A stretch of DNA of 61,967 bases, filler included, from Basidiobolus ranarum (GCA_040143965.1; 26 parts of 26 records of this genome joined end to end with filler, not necessarily neighbours in it), one strand, 5' to 3'. Counted from the whole stretch's first letter, positions 1-13,091 are shown. The notes: generated from the sequence alone by a model not told the origin. Numbers and translations are program-made.

Positions 1-1620
1 GAGGTGCCAGGTGTTGGATAAGCTTCTGAATTTAGCTCTCTTCCAGCTGGTGTACCCAGTTCCATGATGAAATTAAGCTTTTTTGCAATATATCTGACTC
101 TGGAAATGCAGATCTTTGTAATGGTGTGAAGAATTTGGTAAGTGGGACAGTAGTATTGAAGTTTATTGTCTTTATCATATTTGTTATCTCTGTCTTTATA
201 CACTTGACTATTTCATATATCACATATAAGTTTGTTTACATTACTTAGTCAAATATCACTTAACCAAAAATTGGAACATATATTTTATATATATGTGATT
301 AATGTGAGAATTAGCAATTCAATATTGGAAATTTTGAACTTGTCCAAACTGCCCCAAATATAGCTCATTTTACTCCCACAAATGTTCTGAACACAACCCC
401 AGTGTTAGGTTTTTGTATTTCCACCAAAGTGTATAAATGCTTTATTTCTGGACAATAAATAATTATCTCAAAAGGCTATTCCCAACTCCACTTTTCTAAA
501 GTTTCTCCAAACAGCCCATATTTTCCCAACAAGTTGGGCCTAAACTCACTGGCTTGTTTGCTTCTCTCTTGGGTTTACTAACTTCCTGCTCCTTGAGTAC
601 TTCTTTAGCTGCTTTTCTTTCTTTTCCAAGTTGATAATTGTGTACATTTTTGAGATGTTTCATGAATAGGCCTATACTAGCTCAATTTTCATTTGCTTTC
701 AAAAACCCAGGATAAGCCACATGAAATAAGTCAAGAACCTTCAGAGTAACACCTGGTTTTTGGTATTTGCACAATTGGCTCAAATCCAGGTGATTTTAGG
801 CAAGATTCTGCACAGTTTCCAAAATGTTAAGCCACTCAGCATCAGAGAAAGTGATGGCAGCTCTGACATTCTGAGTCTTTTGGTTTGCCGGTTTTCCTAT
901 GAGATTTCAACTTTCTTGTGCCCAAGCAATTTTGGGTTGTTGTGTATGCTTGATGTTCCAACACATATTCTGCTCTGCTAGATTGTCACCATGACATTCA
1001 TATGTATGGTGTGGGATTGATTGAAATTCCATATGAGAATTGACAGAGGGAGCCACATGTTGCTGTAGCTCAAGTACAGCATTCTGAAGGTCTTGTGTCA
1101 TTGTTGAGTCACTCTCTAAATGTTGACTAGTTGCTTCCAAACACTGCATTAGTTGCAATATTGCGCCATTATTGCTTGTCATGGCCTGTATAGCAACTTT
1201 GAAGTTTTTACTTATGATTGCATATAAATCATTATGGTGTTCTGGCTGCAATTCCCTTGTTGTAAAAATTCTATTCAAATTTTCTGCAGAGGGTTGTTCA
1301 ATAGTGGGCAAAATGGCCATTTTGGAAGTTGATGGTCTTGATGGTGCTTTGGATGAACTTTGCTCAACTATTGATTTACTAAGTAATTGGGGGAGTACAA
1401 TCTCTTCACTTGCAAAATTGCTGGAAAGGAACACATCTGGTAAATTGATTAATGCTTCATCATTACTTTGGGTAGTTTCTGGCATGTTAATGCCTTCCAA
1501 AGTGGATAGTGGATTGCTAGACTGCTCATCAATCAAGTGCTCTGTTCTTGCTGGTTTTTTTTCTTTTGTGCCAGCAGGCTTTGGCTTGGAAGCCAACTTT
1601 GATTTTGAACACTTTTGAAT
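1..1620 (-). mobile_element. Decayed accessory ORF (ORF2) of a CACTA/CMC-type DNA transposon family
   Basis: Encodes KPKPAGTKEKKPARTEHLIDEQSSNPLSTLEGINMPET...LQNAVLELQQH, recurring in at least 7 contigs with independent stops and frameshifts. Interrupted by a solo LTR at 154-531. Confidence 0.75.
154..531 (+). mobile_element. Solo LTR, Copia family B (378 bp)
   Basis: TATTGAAG...CCCAACA ends with near-perfect 5-bp TSD AGTAG/AGTTG. Absent from other copies of the host repeat. The same LTR flanks Copia gag (25261) and RNase H (53348, 57101). Confidence 0.9.
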
Positions 1621-1836
1621 AGCACTGAAATTTTCAGATGGTAAACTTGGTGTAATGAAATAGCTTAGAAACAACTTATAATAAACCAAAATTGCCACCC
1701 TTAACCAGAAATATCTTGTAAACCCCCTGATGATTGATCTGTGACACTGTTGCAAAATCAGCTGATAATATTGATGGGTTATACCTAAAATACCACCCTT
1801 ATGTAGGAGGTATTCTTTTTTCACAATATCCTTCTC

Positions 1837-2294
1837 ATGCCACAACACAAACATTTAAAGAAGCCCTGTTATTCTTGTCACAAATTCTTATGCTATGAAA
1901 GCTGGAGGCTTTGTGGAATAAATAATAACAAGCATGGTCACTGTACAAAGCCACCAGCTGCACAAGGCCTGGTGTATAAACACAGTAATAAGTGCACTAA
2001 ATTGACTTTAGTTTTGCCCATTGAATCCTCTGACTGTACTTTGCCTCAAAGTTTGGGTAACACTGCCAAAAGTCAAAATACTGTGGAGTTACCACATTTA
2101 TATGACCAAAATGATGTAGGTAGAAATGCATCTTTGGTCAAACCAGTAAGTCCAGACAACTTTGAGGACTTGCTGCTAGATGTTGACCTTGGTTATTCCA
2201 GTACCAATGGTAGTATATCAGAAGTTGAAGAAGAAGACACTGGTTTTGTTACAGACTCTTTGTTATTGGCAAACATTAGTCCACTCATAACACT
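1837..2294 (+). mobile_element. N-terminus of CACTA-family ORF1 (putative transposase), divergent from ORF2
   Basis: MPQHKHLKKPCYSCHKFLC..H Cys/His cluster followed by an acidic tract. Same ORF start seen near 28900, 46800 and 48292. The catalytic core is not in the window. Confidence 0.6.
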
Positions 2295-2394
2295 NNNNNN
2301 NNNNNNNNNNNNNNNNNNNNNNNNNNNNNNNNNNNNNNTTAATTAATTAANNNNNNNNNNNNNNNNNNNNNNNNNNNNNNNNNNNNNNNNNNNN
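2295..2394. other. Artificial contig linker (N44-TTAATTAATTAA-N44); first of 25, recurring every ~2.39 kb
   Basis: Identical 100-bp spacer with stops in all six frames at 2295, 4689, 7082, 9475, 11867, 14259, 16651, 19042, 21433, 23823, 26212, 28601, 30989, 33375, 35761, 38147, 40532, 42916, 45299, 47682, 50064, 52446, 54828, 57209, 59589. Contig lengths fall steadily from 2294 to 2279 bp. Confidence 0.99.
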
Positions 2395-2908
2395 TATTTG
2401 TTGAGATATAGATGCTCTACACAGCCAAGATCATTTTCAGCTTCAATCATGACTACATCATGGTTAAGCACTTGTCCAATTTAGGACTACCTGTCAGATA
2501 TATGGCATCCAGTCAATTGGGGTACTCTCCATTTAAGTAATATCATTGTGTCAATATCAATTCAAGAATATCAGATTTTTACTCACAGCCATGAAAGATA
2601 CATAGGAGATATTTCTATTTTAGAAACTTCCAGTGTATTTAATTGTGCGCTCATTCTTTAACTCTAAATATAGTGGTATAGTTCAATCAAAGGTTAAGCA
2701 AAGTAATCTTGTTTGTGGTACTGTTAAATTGAAATATCAATTATGAAATGTCCAATGAACTTATATGAGCAAGAAGTTATAATTAGTTTCCATTTATTAA
2801 AGCCTGATATAGTAGGCCAGATTACAATATTTTCTGGCCTATTATGACATGCTGGAGTAACTATTGTTAGCACACTCACCACCTCACCTAGTTCATTGTT
2901 GAATATAG

Positions 2909-3228
2909 TGTTAAAGTACTTGGGAGCCAGTTGGAAGTGGTCTGGAGAATTAGAGGAATTGGTGGTTTTCACTTATTTATTTATTGAGTAGAAAGTGGAC
3001 ATTTATAGTTTTGTCAAGATGTAAACAAACAAATGTGTAGAATGTGTTAAGAAAGATCCCAGGAATATGTGTGCAAAGTTTGGGGCTTCTTTGAAAAATC
3101 TATATATCTTCAAACCTCTAAGTAAGTTTCTTATGAGGATAATAGATAATATCTTAGTGAATTATAAGATAACTAAGTACTAAGCTAGATATGACTGTAC
3201 AGGTGTTTAGGCAAAGCTAATTTCAACA
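2909..3228 (-). mobile_element. Solo LTR, Copia family A
   Basis: TG...CA ends, perfect TATAG target-site duplication, homologous to 17802-18148. Confidence 0.9.
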
Positions 3229-3279
3229 TATAGTTGCAAAAACTCTGCCTGTTAGAGAATAAATTTAGGGCCTTATCTA

Positions 3280-3690
3280 TATCAAAAATGGCATTGCCTA
3301 AGCACCTATAGTCACATATAGCTCAGTATTTGGCTTTTCCATATGTCGCCAAGATATCACTCACTATTCTCAATTGGAATTTACTTAGAATTTCTCAGAT
3401 ATATGAGTTTTTAAAACTTGTGCTAGAAGCCTCAAGCTTTGTATACATGTTCCTGGGAGCTTCCTTAGCAAATTATACACATCTGTTTGATTATATTTTG
3501 ACCAGACAACAAATGTCATCTTTCTCCTCAATAAATCGACAAGTCAAAACCACCAACATCTCTAACTAATTCCAACAGGCTCCCAAAATACTTTTACAGG
3601 TCATAAGCCCTGCGCTTGCACTCTCTAACTTCTACTTCTCAAATTTCTGGAACTTTTCTCTCTTCCAAAAGATTGAATGAAGTACATCAA
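3280..3690 (+). mobile_element. Copia family A 5' LTR + PBS + gag remnant
   Basis: LTR ends TTTACA at 3598, followed directly by GGTCATAAGCCC (decayed PBS) and a gag-start homolog of 18180. Confidence 0.8.
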
Positions 3691-6119
3691 TAATATGGCA
3701 GCTTGAATATATGTTGCTCATTTGAGAGTGTAAGCTAAGAAGTCCCAATTATAGCCCAAATGATACTAATTGCAGACTAAGTGTGGGATAATGTGGAAAT
3801 ACATTTACAATAAGTAATAATTCAACCTATGTAAGTTATATTTGGTACAGATGCCCAGACATGCAAATCACTACTAGCTTACTAGTCTGTGGTGCTCAGA
3901 GAATATAATTTGTTGCAAAAATGAATAGGGGGAAGTGTAGAGATAGAGAGAAGCATTAGGACAATAGGAAAGTGGTTGGATCCACTCTTTCAGGATCTGA
4001 TAATTTGGGTGAAGCAATCTTTGAATGTCAGGTCTTTAAGGTATTGTATCAATAATAATATGACCCATACATTGCTATACCATGTAACTACAGATAATGA
4101 GTTGAGGGCTTTTCAATACTAGAATATATGGAACATGACTCCTCACATTGTTAAGATATTTCACTTTTTTGCAACCAAAATACCTTTCTATGCATTTATG
4201 TGTATTCCTAAGCATGGTTTACTTATAAAACAAGATTTGCTATGAAGTCACATAAACAGTTATTTTGTAAGACTTATTTAGTATATCAAGTACTACTAAA
4301 CTTTTAAAGGCACCAAATTCATATTGCATGGCTTTGATAACTGCTTGTCAAGTAGTTTAGTTTACCACTTAACACCTTACTAAGTTAGCCCTCCTCAAGT
4401 TCCAAGCTCCTACCATTACGTTCCTTCAAAAATTTCAGTGTTGTAGCAATTTCAAAATTTACTTTAGAGACATCTGCTTAGTAACAGATGGCACTCCAGC
4501 AAAAGATAGAACATAAGATCCGTAGTAGTACCGGTGATTTTTGAGAGGGAGTTATTGAATTTGCAGCTCTAACATCGTGGGTTTATGAGTTTGAGGATAT
4601 CATTTTGTTAACCGCAATGTATGGCCATGGTAAAAAATTCGGGTACCTCACTTAGAATTCAATTACTGATATTATATTGTTCATTTGANNNNNNNNNNNN
4701 NNNNNNNNNNNNNNNNNNNNNNNNNNNNNNNNTTAATTAATTAANNNNNNNNNNNNNNNNNNNNNNNNNNNNNNNNNNNNNNNNNNNNCAAAGCTGAATT
4801 TTTTATACTGGAAGCTTAAAAATATTGATAGGAGATATATTCTTCACTCTATCTTTAAGGGGTAAAGACACACTTTGGTATGTCAATAGCTTGAAGACTT
4901 TATGAGAAAAGATTATTTCTGATAATAGAACTATCAAAAATCCTCAATACTACAAGGATAGATAAAACTCAGGTGGTTTCTCTAACTTGAAGTCTGATGA
5001 AAAAGATATAGTTCTTTTGAGATTGGCAAAGACTTTGATCAAGAGTTGGATATATTCTATGGCTGAAAAGTGAAGATAACTATGAAAGAATCTGTACTGC
5101 AATCCTCTATAATCAAGCCTAGTTGTGTTGCAATAGGAATCTTTATTATGGTACTATGATGCAGGGTAGAATATCTAGTTAAGGAGACAATAAAGAATAT
5201 GGCACTGTTTTGGATGGGGCAAAGGCTAGAAGCTTTTTCAATAGGGGGAAGAGTTGCTTATATAAAGAAAAAGCTTAAAATAAATGCTATGAATTGGGTG
5301 CTGAGAATAAATGCTATGAGTGGGCGGCTTAGCATTGAAGTGCCAATAAGATTGTTTTTATAGCAGCTGCCGCTTTGAAACTCTGAACACATCAGCATCA
5401 AGTACTGTTGCAGCTCTGTACAATATACAAAGAGAATCTGCTAGCTGGTTCAGAAGTTAGCACTAATTTCATGAGCATCTTGAGGTCCTGTATTCCTGTA
5501 TTCTGAATATAGGCTAGTTTGATTTTTGAGTTGGCAATTTTGAAATAGCTGTAGCTCCACCAATATTTGCTCAAATCTTATGATTCATGCATGGTTGCAA
5601 AGCTCTAATTCTGGAGTTTTTGATTGCAGCTTAAAGTACTGTATTAAACTAAGTATTGATGTGACTATGAGCAATTGAATATTCTTGTTCTTTTTCTTGA
5701 TCTGTAAAATTTTATAAGATAGCAGTAGAAAATTTTCTTCCTACTTATCACATGAAATATAAGATTGGAATATTTCCAACACTACAAGTCTCCCCTGAGC
5801 TGATATATAATGCCCTCATTATATTCTTGGAAGTTCTGATCTTTTGTTGTGCCATCTTATCTCTTCTTGGATTCTTTGCTCATATATCATCCAATAAAGG
5901 TTGACATATTGTTGATATGAACTCTTCTAGAACTCTGCAGATTGCTCTTTGATATGTTTGCACCAAGTTAGTCCAACTTTGTGGAATTCTTGTCATTCTA
6001 ATTAAGCTAATTGGAGTGTGTCTTGCAGTATAGTCTTCCATTTTATGATGTGTCAAAAGTTGATCATATTGTTATTTAGCTGCTGGACATCTTGAATAAA
6101 TCTAATTTTTCCATTCTGC

Positions 6120-6560
6120 TTGAGTGGTGTATGCCAAGGATTTAACTTCTTCCATCAATCTTGATGGTGTAGGATATGTGCTTAGTGCCCAAGTTACATG
6201 TTCTACTGTATGTATCTTCACTGGAGGAAAGTACTTGGTTGATAAGCAACTTCTCTCTTCATCAGTGAAGGCAAAGACATGGTATATATTTCTTTGGCAT
6301 ATTCAAGAATAGTGCTTTCTCTCCTTTTGCTTAGGTAGTACCAAATGAATTGCCTGTAATCTTTGTTCTGCAAGATGAGTTGTACTTTTCTTTACTTGTT
6401 CCATTACAGCATCACTATATTCAGCAAAAGGAAGTTTTCTAGATACTGGCTTTACTTTCTGACTTACAGGCTTGTATTTTGTAAATGAGTGTGGAGTTGG
6501 GTTCTCTGGTTTAAAAGTATGGTACATAAGCACTTCTCTCTGTTGTTCTTTGATAATTAG
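6120..6560 (-). mobile_element. Ty3/Gypsy pol fragment (pre-RT linker and RT N-terminus)
   Basis: TKYKPVSQKVKPV followed by VFAFTDEERSCLSTKYFPPVKIHTVEHVTW. The same motif (TKYKTVATKVKP) occurs in the Gypsy element near 60300. Confidence 0.7.
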
Positions 6561-6769
6561 TGGTACATCTGAGGAGTTTCTGTTGGAGGATTTTGACGTA
6601 ATGGGGGTAGACTTTGAGTATTAGAAGAAACTTATGATATTGTGTTTTAGTTAATTTATTCTTAAGAGTATATGGTGACTTATGTGGTAAAAGAGTAAAT
6701 CAATTGTTTGAGATATTCAGGAGTTTATGTAGTAAGATATGATAGATAAGTGGGGGTAATACAACATAC

Positions 6770-7081
6770 TTGTTATATAGATACAGAGATATTCCTATTT
6801 AGAATATAGGGGCTATAGATATGTTGTTTTCTGTTTCTGATATACCTATCATAACAAAAGTTAACTACGATGTTGAATAAAGATTAATTATCCAACACCT
6901 TCCCTTAATTCTTATTTAGCATTGTGCTTATATTCATCAATGCCTATTCCTGCTCTTAACATCCCAAAGTTTGAAGTTTTGAGTGGTTTTGTTAGTATAT
7001 CTGCAAGCATGTTTTCAGTATTACAATAAATAAAGTTCACTTCTTTGTCTTGAACTTTCTCTTGTATAAAATGATGTCTTA
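6770..7081 (-). mobile_element. Copia RNase H C-terminus + PPT + 3' LTR (family E)
   Basis: RHHFIQEKV...ENMLADILTKPL, then PPT TTAAGGGAAGG and LTR start TGTTGGATAAT. The LTR is repeated at 43016-43140. Confidence 0.85.
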
Positions 7082-7181
7082 NNNNNNNNNNNNNNNNNNN
7101 NNNNNNNNNNNNNNNNNNNNNNNNNTTAATTAATTAANNNNNNNNNNNNNNNNNNNNNNNNNNNNNNNNNNNNNNNNNNNN

Positions 7182-8250
7182 TCAACATATCAATGAGTCC
7201 AAAAATTGGGCCTATGCCTGCACAGCTCAATTACATGAACCTCAGAGTGTAAAAGAAGCCCTGAATGGCCATCACATAAAATTTTAGAGATCTGCAATGA
7301 ATGATGAGTACCAGGCTTTGATTGATAATCAAACTTGGATAAACCAACTTACCTGATGATAGAAAATCACAGGCTGCTGATGATTGTTTACAGTTAAATG
7401 TAACTCAGATGGCAATATAGAAAAGTGCAAGGCTAGACAAGTAGAGTAAGGTTATGCCCACACACCAGGAATAGATAATACAGAGACTTTTGCTCTTGTA
7501 GCAGAGTTTAATTCAACAAGATTGATATTAGCAATTTCAGCCAATATCAATTTATTATATATGAAATGGATGTAAAAGAGCTTTTCTGAATGGTATGCTT
7601 GCTGAGGAAATCTATATGGACCAGCCAAATGGATATGTGGACCCAGAAAACCTAAAAAAGTTTGCAGATCGAAAAAAATACTCCATGGCTTAAAACACTC
7701 TCCTAGAGCTTGGAAAAGCAAGATAGATGCTTTTTTGGAAATAGTCAGCATTCCAAGCAAGTAATGCTGATTATAGTAAATACTTCAGGCCAGATAAGAC
7801 AAACCCAGCTTTATTAGCATTTTAGGTAGATGATCTTATTATATCAATCAATAAGTGAAGACTTTAGAGAAGTCCCAATCCAGCTTATCTGCCAAATTCA
7901 AAATGACTAATCTTGGTGAACTGACAGACTGTCTTGGAATTCAAATTAAAATAGATAGAATTATCAAAACAATAACTTTAAACCAGTCCAAGTATATATT
8001 AGATATACTAAAGTGGTTTGAAATGGAAAAATGCAAGCCAGTATCTATGCCAATGGAGAAGAATCTTAACTTGACCAAAAATTGCTCAAATCTGACATGT
8101 TTGGATTCATATGAAAACCAACACAGGATCAAATTACACATTTGAAGATTTAAATGAAAGCCAATAGTTTCCTTATCAATCTATGGTTGGTAGTTTCATG
8201 CATCTTATGATTGGAGCATGGCCAGATATTGCATACTTTGTGGGTATTAT
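7182..8250 (+). mobile_element. Decayed Copia reverse transcriptase
   Basis: EPQSVKEAL, KCKARQV, ETFALVA, K..LHGLKHSPRAW, VDDL, KFKMTNLGEL..CLGIQI and WPDIAY motifs, with many stops and frameshifts. Confidence 0.9.
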
Positions 8251-9024
8251 TGTTGAAATTAGCTTTGCCTAAGCACCTATATAGTCATATATAGCTTAGT
8301 ACTTAGTTATCTTATAATTCACTAAGATATCATCCATTATTATCAATTGGAATTTACTTGGAATATTTTTACCAAATGAGAAGTTCTTGGACATCTAGAT
8401 TTTCAAACTTGTGCTAGAAGCCCCAAACTTTGCACACATGTTTCTGAAACCTTCCTGACCACATTCAACATGTTAATTTGTTTACATCTTGACAAAACTA
8501 TAAATATCAACTTTCTGTTCAATAAATCAATAAGCAAAAACTGCCAATTCTTCTAATTCTCCAAACTACTTCCAACAGGCTCCCAAATACTTTAACAGGT
8601 TATAAGCCCCAGGTTTGCACTCTCTGTAATGTCTACTTCTCTAATATATGGAACTTTTCCCTCTTCTGAAAAATTGGATGAAACCAATAATCATATTTAA
8701 TAATTAAAATGAATATGCTGCTGCAAGAAAAAGGATTCTGGGACACTTATGTAGGAGAAGAAAATAATGCAAAACTGTCTGAAACCAAATTTTACTCCAA
8801 GTCAAAAGAGAACAAAGTGCCTTTACCACAATTTGTTTTAATGTTAAAGACAAATTGCAAATTCAATGTTCAAGAGCTAAAACCACCTACAAGGTATGGG
8901 AAGCCTTGGAAGACACCTACCAAACAGGATCTACTGCCAACAAGATGTTTCTATGAAGACCATTCTTTAACTTAAAGATGAAGCAAAGAGAAGACATTAA
9001 ATTACTAATTGATAGTGTCACTAT
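8251..9024 (+). mobile_element. Copia family A 5' LTR (8251-8597), PBS and gag, nested in Copia RT
   Basis: TGTTGAAATTAGC...TTTAACA, then GGTTATAAGCCCC and gag (MLLQEKGFWD). Truncated by a CACTA terminus at 9025. Confidence 0.88.
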
Positions 9025-9474
9025 CCCTACAGAAGATTGAGGATTGTTATTGTAGGAAAACCATTGCAATTTTAATCCATTTGGGGTTGACTGTTTACTT
9101 ACCATCAAAAAATTGTCAAGTTAGATTTGATTTGAATCAATTTTTCCAGTTTCAGGGGTGAAATTTTAAAATCTTGCAAAATAGTTGCATATGATTGGCT
9201 ACAATCTCAGAGAACTATGGATCAACACTTGTGCAAAAAATGTAACTCATATTTTACACAATTACCACTTGAATGCTAATTTGTCACCTTTGAAATCCCT
9301 AGTCTCTTTGATATTATCTCCTGAATATTTTTATAGAGTTCTTCATACCCAAGGTTTAGCTCTTACCCAACACAAGTTTGTATCAATATCTCCATCAAAG
9401 CCCACCATTGTATTAACGTTGCTGAATCAACATTCTTCCAGCTATCTGGCAGATACCCTGCAATATTGTGCCAC
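9025..9474 (+). mobile_element. CACTA/CMC element terminus on the ORF2 side
   Basis: Starts CCCTA(A)CAGAA and matches the reverse complement of 58376-58635. Its distal end (CTATCTGGCAGATACCCTGCAATA) is the reverse complement of the ORF2 3' region at 50031-50063. Confidence 0.75.
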
Positions 9475-9646
9475 NNNNNNNNNNNNNNNNNNNNNNNNNN
9501 NNNNNNNNNNNNNNNNNNTTAATTAATTAANNNNNNNNNNNNNNNNNNNNNNNNNNNNNNNNNNNNNNNNNNNNTAGATATTATACGAAATCCGTATTTT
9601 TCTCTGATAAGTCAGAAAAAAGATATCATAACTCCAATTTATGTAG

Positions 9647-9938
9647 ATGCTGGAATTGTTTCCGAATTAATGCTATAATATTTGGGGAGAGATACAAAGT
9701 GTATACTTTCATGGGTATCCAGCTCCTTTATGCCATCATCACCATGCTACCAACTGTATTACTCTATCGTTACTTCTGGTTACACACTGTGTTTTTATTG
9801 AGCATCTCATTGATCAACTTGTGGAATGGAAGTTCCTATTATTTCGATATATTTAGCATACGTTACGTTAAAGAGCTGCAAGAATTGAATGACGAGATCA
9901 CCAAAGTAACTATGAACAATCGGGAGCATGTAGATTAG
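9647..9938 (+). CDS. GPC1: Last exon of glycerophosphocholine acyltransferase (Gpc1/DUF2838-like) membrane protein
   Basis: FMGIQLLYAIITMLP...LWNGSSYYFDIFSIRYVKELQEL matches the Gpc1 C-terminal NG.xYYxDxF motif. The 5' boundary is approximate. Confidence 0.7.
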
Positions 9939-10857
9939 ACATTCTCCAACTGTGACTTCTGTATATATCCCGTTGATAATGATGAATAGAATTCAACGCT
10001 ACACAGAATAAATAAACACGAATCAATAAACATGGACATGTATGTGTTACATTTCGCCTTATCACCAAATGCAATGCAATATTACTTGGAGCATCAGAAA
10101 GGGAATGTGGATGGCAATACTTACAGTATCTACAATGAGCACTGCATAGTACTAGAGATCTGCATAGTACTAGAGATCGAATTACAATAAAATATTATTG
10201 CCGATTTTCTGAAAATCCTGATCATCATTTGGTCTATCCAGTGCCTAATTCAGATTGTTAAAATCCAAGGGTTGAGGTAAATTGGTGGTAGATGGCTGGA
10301 TGTATGTAGTGGTAGATGACTGGGTAGGGTTAGGATTGCCTAATGACTATTTCTTCAATCAACCATGGGTCATGTAAAAGCTAAGGAATACTTGAAATAC
10401 TATATTTTTCCTCTTTACATGTTAATAATAAGCCACATTGACAACAGCCACCTAAGTTTGTGATCCGGTGATGTTCCCTTGTATACTTCTAGACTTAATT
10501 CTTGAAAGTGTCGTGGTTACTGAATGAAGATAATCTTGTGAGATACTAGCCGTGTGGGCCTAGTATTAGATTGCCAGATCATTCACAAAGGCAAATTTCC
10601 ATCACGGGAAACCCAAGTAAAATATGACTGCTTCCATTACAATGATAGGGTAATACACACACAGCAGACTATCACAAGCAAATAATCTTCTAAAAAGTCA
10701 AGATTGAATGCCTTAAAGGGTATCGAAACCACTACCGTCAGGGCAAGTTTCTGGGTAATTGTCTATCCTCATTCCATCCATAGAGTAGTGTGCTCTATCT
10801 TCAACTGCAAGAAAAGTATATAAACAGCAATGGCCATTAGCTAGTCTTCACTTAACA

Positions 10858-11270
10858 ATGTTATCACACAGCTTATACCTTCTTTTCTTTGGCTTAGCTG
10901 CCTCATTCCCCTGGGGAGACTTGGACCCCAAGCCAACTGATCCTTACATCCCAGTTGAGAGCTCCGTTCCGTCTATTCTAAAGACATCAGCCATGTATGC
11001 ATCAGCTGCCTATTGTCGTGAAGATCAACTTGTAAATTGGTCTTGTGGATTTCGCAGCGTCGGTAACCTCAACGTTACTACCTACTTTTCAAATAGCAGC
11101 ACCGATATGGCAGGGTTTGTCGGATATAACCAGTAAGATAAACTTATTGTTGTGAGTTACAGAGGGTAAGCTGGCTTAAAATTAATGCTGTATATGGTAC
11201 CAATTACTAATGAGGAAAAACCTCAGAACTGAAAGTATTCTGATTTTTGATAGAGGAGGCGGTTACTAAG
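10858..11270 (+). pseudogene. Secreted class-3 lipase pseudogene (5' part only)
   Basis: Signal peptide, YASAAYC...WSCG and GFVGYNQ*DKLIVVSYRG|TES. Premature TAA at 11134, intron 11166-11226 (GTAAG...CTAAT...CAG), TATA near 10818. No GHSLG motif follows. Confidence 0.8.
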
Positions 11271-11533
11271 GTTCTCTAGTTTACTCCAATAGTTCTCCAG
11301 TTCCGTAATTAAGCTATGTTTATGCCATAACTTAACTGCCAAATATAGGCCAAATATAGGTAAGCGAGAGCTTTCTTTTTTCCTGCATAAATTCTACCGC
11401 CTTCGATAATCATGCATAGTATGTGTTGCTCATGTGCTTGATATTCCAATAGTCGATTATCTTTAGAATTGTGCAGGACTGACGTTTTCTTAACTATTTA
11501 AATTAGTGATTTAATTTGAGTAACATTGTCTGA

Positions 11534-11866
11534 TTAATTATTAGGGTTAGGATTAGGATTAATCGTTAGTCTTAATTTCATAATGCAGTGGCAACTCTCG
11601 TGATATATGTTACTTTCACATGTATTATAGCAAGAAATGGAATTAACTCTACGTCTTGGATATATATATTTATTTTTATCGGAGTTTTGGAATCGGATCA
11701 TTATACTAGAGATTACTTTTCTTAAAGACTTAATGGCATTATTCGCGGTAGATTTGGCACTGGCTGGGTTAGCACCAGTCACCACCTGGCCATCCACTTG
11801 CAAAAAGTCAGCAAATGGAGTAGTTGGTGCTATATATTTGGCTCCGTCTTCAGCTGCTCCCTCTTC
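11534..11866 (-). CDS. C-terminus of DJ-1/PfpI (Hsp31-like) protein, 5' cut by contig edge
   Basis: GAKYIAPTTPFADFLQVDGQVVTGANPASAKSTA matches the family motif (L/V)VTGxNPASA. The true stop may lie earlier than 11534. Confidence 0.75.
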   Translation of the reverse strand, partial: EEGAAEDGAKYIAPTTPFADFLQVDGQVVTGANPASAKSTANNAIKSLRKVISSIMIRFQNSDKNKYIYPRRRVNSISCYNTCESNIYHESCHCIMKLRLTINPNPNPNN

Positions 11867-11966
11867 NNNNNNNNNNNNNNNNNNNNNNNNNNNNNNNNNN
11901 NNNNNNNNNNTTAATTAATTAANNNNNNNNNNNNNNNNNNNNNNNNNNNNNNNNNNNNNNNNNNNN

Positions 11967-12073
11967 TGACCGTTTACAATAGGTTGTTGACCAGCGGTAA
12001 AGTAGCTGAAGACACTTCCATTGTCAAAGTATTGGCCATTTTGAGATTGTACAGGAGTGAGTTGTTCAGACAT
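11967..12073 (-). CDS. Small protein, probable third NGRRLS-family paralog (3' cut by contig edge)
   Basis: ATG at 12073 opens MSEQLTPVQSQNGQYFDNGSVFSYFTAGQQPIVNG(H/Q), aligning with PILNG/TING of the paralogs. TATAAA lies about 90 bp upstream. Confidence 0.5.
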
Positions 12074-12881
12074 TCTATTGATGTTCGTTCCGAATGTAGA
12101 GTAGTAGAAGACTTGAGGATGTAGAAACTAATTGATTGACTAACCTGCAAATGAATGGATATTTATACTCTCCAACATCTCCCTAGAATCGCTGGTAATA
12201 TTTGCGTGGTATGATATAATCCACCTGAACCATGACCAATCCAGAAAATTGAATTATACTTCCTTGTGTGACGAAAGATTAATGCTAGAACAGTTGTTGG
12301 ATATGATCGAATTGAGCTCAAACCAAGTGTACATTCTGTAATGAGTATGAGGGGTTCAGTCGGTAATGGAGATGGGACACATTATCTATGATGGAAATGT
12401 AATGCAGACAATAGAAATATATTGGTGATGTAAGGAAGGGGAGATACTGGCCTAAACGTCATATCCATATTTGTATGGGTTACACTTGACAACATCATAA
12501 AGATCTCTGGAGCCAAGTATCGCTTTTTTTAGGTAATCGAACAATATCTCCCTTTTTCGATTGTCGTCCACTTCCTAAATACTTAGCAGTTGAGGTCATG
12601 GTGAAAATGTTCCTTTAAATCATCTTTGCTTAGTCGTCCAGTGAGAACAGAACTCGTTTGCGTGAGGTGTTCCAAGTGTGTGTACTTCGATCATCATTGC
12701 GTCACTTGAACAAATGGCCCTATTCTAACGTCATAGATACCTTTATGATACTCTAATGTTAGAAAAAATAAAGTTGAGGAATTGAACTTGTGGTGCTTGG
12801 TACGATTCCATATTTTCTTAAAAATGGAGGATTTGTATGTCCAGTAAAGCTTTAAATCTTCTTTCAATCTTTCTATTAACT

Positions 12882-13091
12882 ATGCAGGATCATTCACTTC
12901 AAGGAGCCCCTGGTTCGAATCACTCAAGCTTACTTTGTGAGCTAATACCCAATGGAGATGCAACAAGTCAAGAGATGACAAACCCTGCACCTATCCTGAA
13001 CGGACGTCGACTAAGTATTGAGCAGGTCGTCTATCATAATTCAATGGCCAGTCAACACGAGGCCAAGATCAAAGAACTTACTCAGGATTAG
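12882..13091 (+). CDS. Small (69 aa) protein of unknown function, NGRRLS family
   Basis: C-terminal ILNGRRLSIEQVVYHNSMASQHEAKIKELTQD is conserved with the paralog at 13374-13604, with synonymous DNA differences. Confidence 0.7.
   Translation: MQDHSLQGAPGSNHSSLLCELIPNGDATSQEMTNPAPILNGRRLSIEQVVYHNSMASQHEAKIKELTQD

Noticed and set aside
1172-1618. 148-aa ORF and similar ORFs at 17359, 48341, 50534 and 57489
   Set aside because: Antisense shadows of CACTA ORF2.
5200-6110. Possible gag remnant on the minus strand
   Set aside because: CpG-depleted and TE-like, but no motif is clear enough to assign.
10143-10178. 18-bp tandem duplication TGCATAGTACTAGAGATC
   Set aside because: Simple slippage or repair duplication with no further structure.
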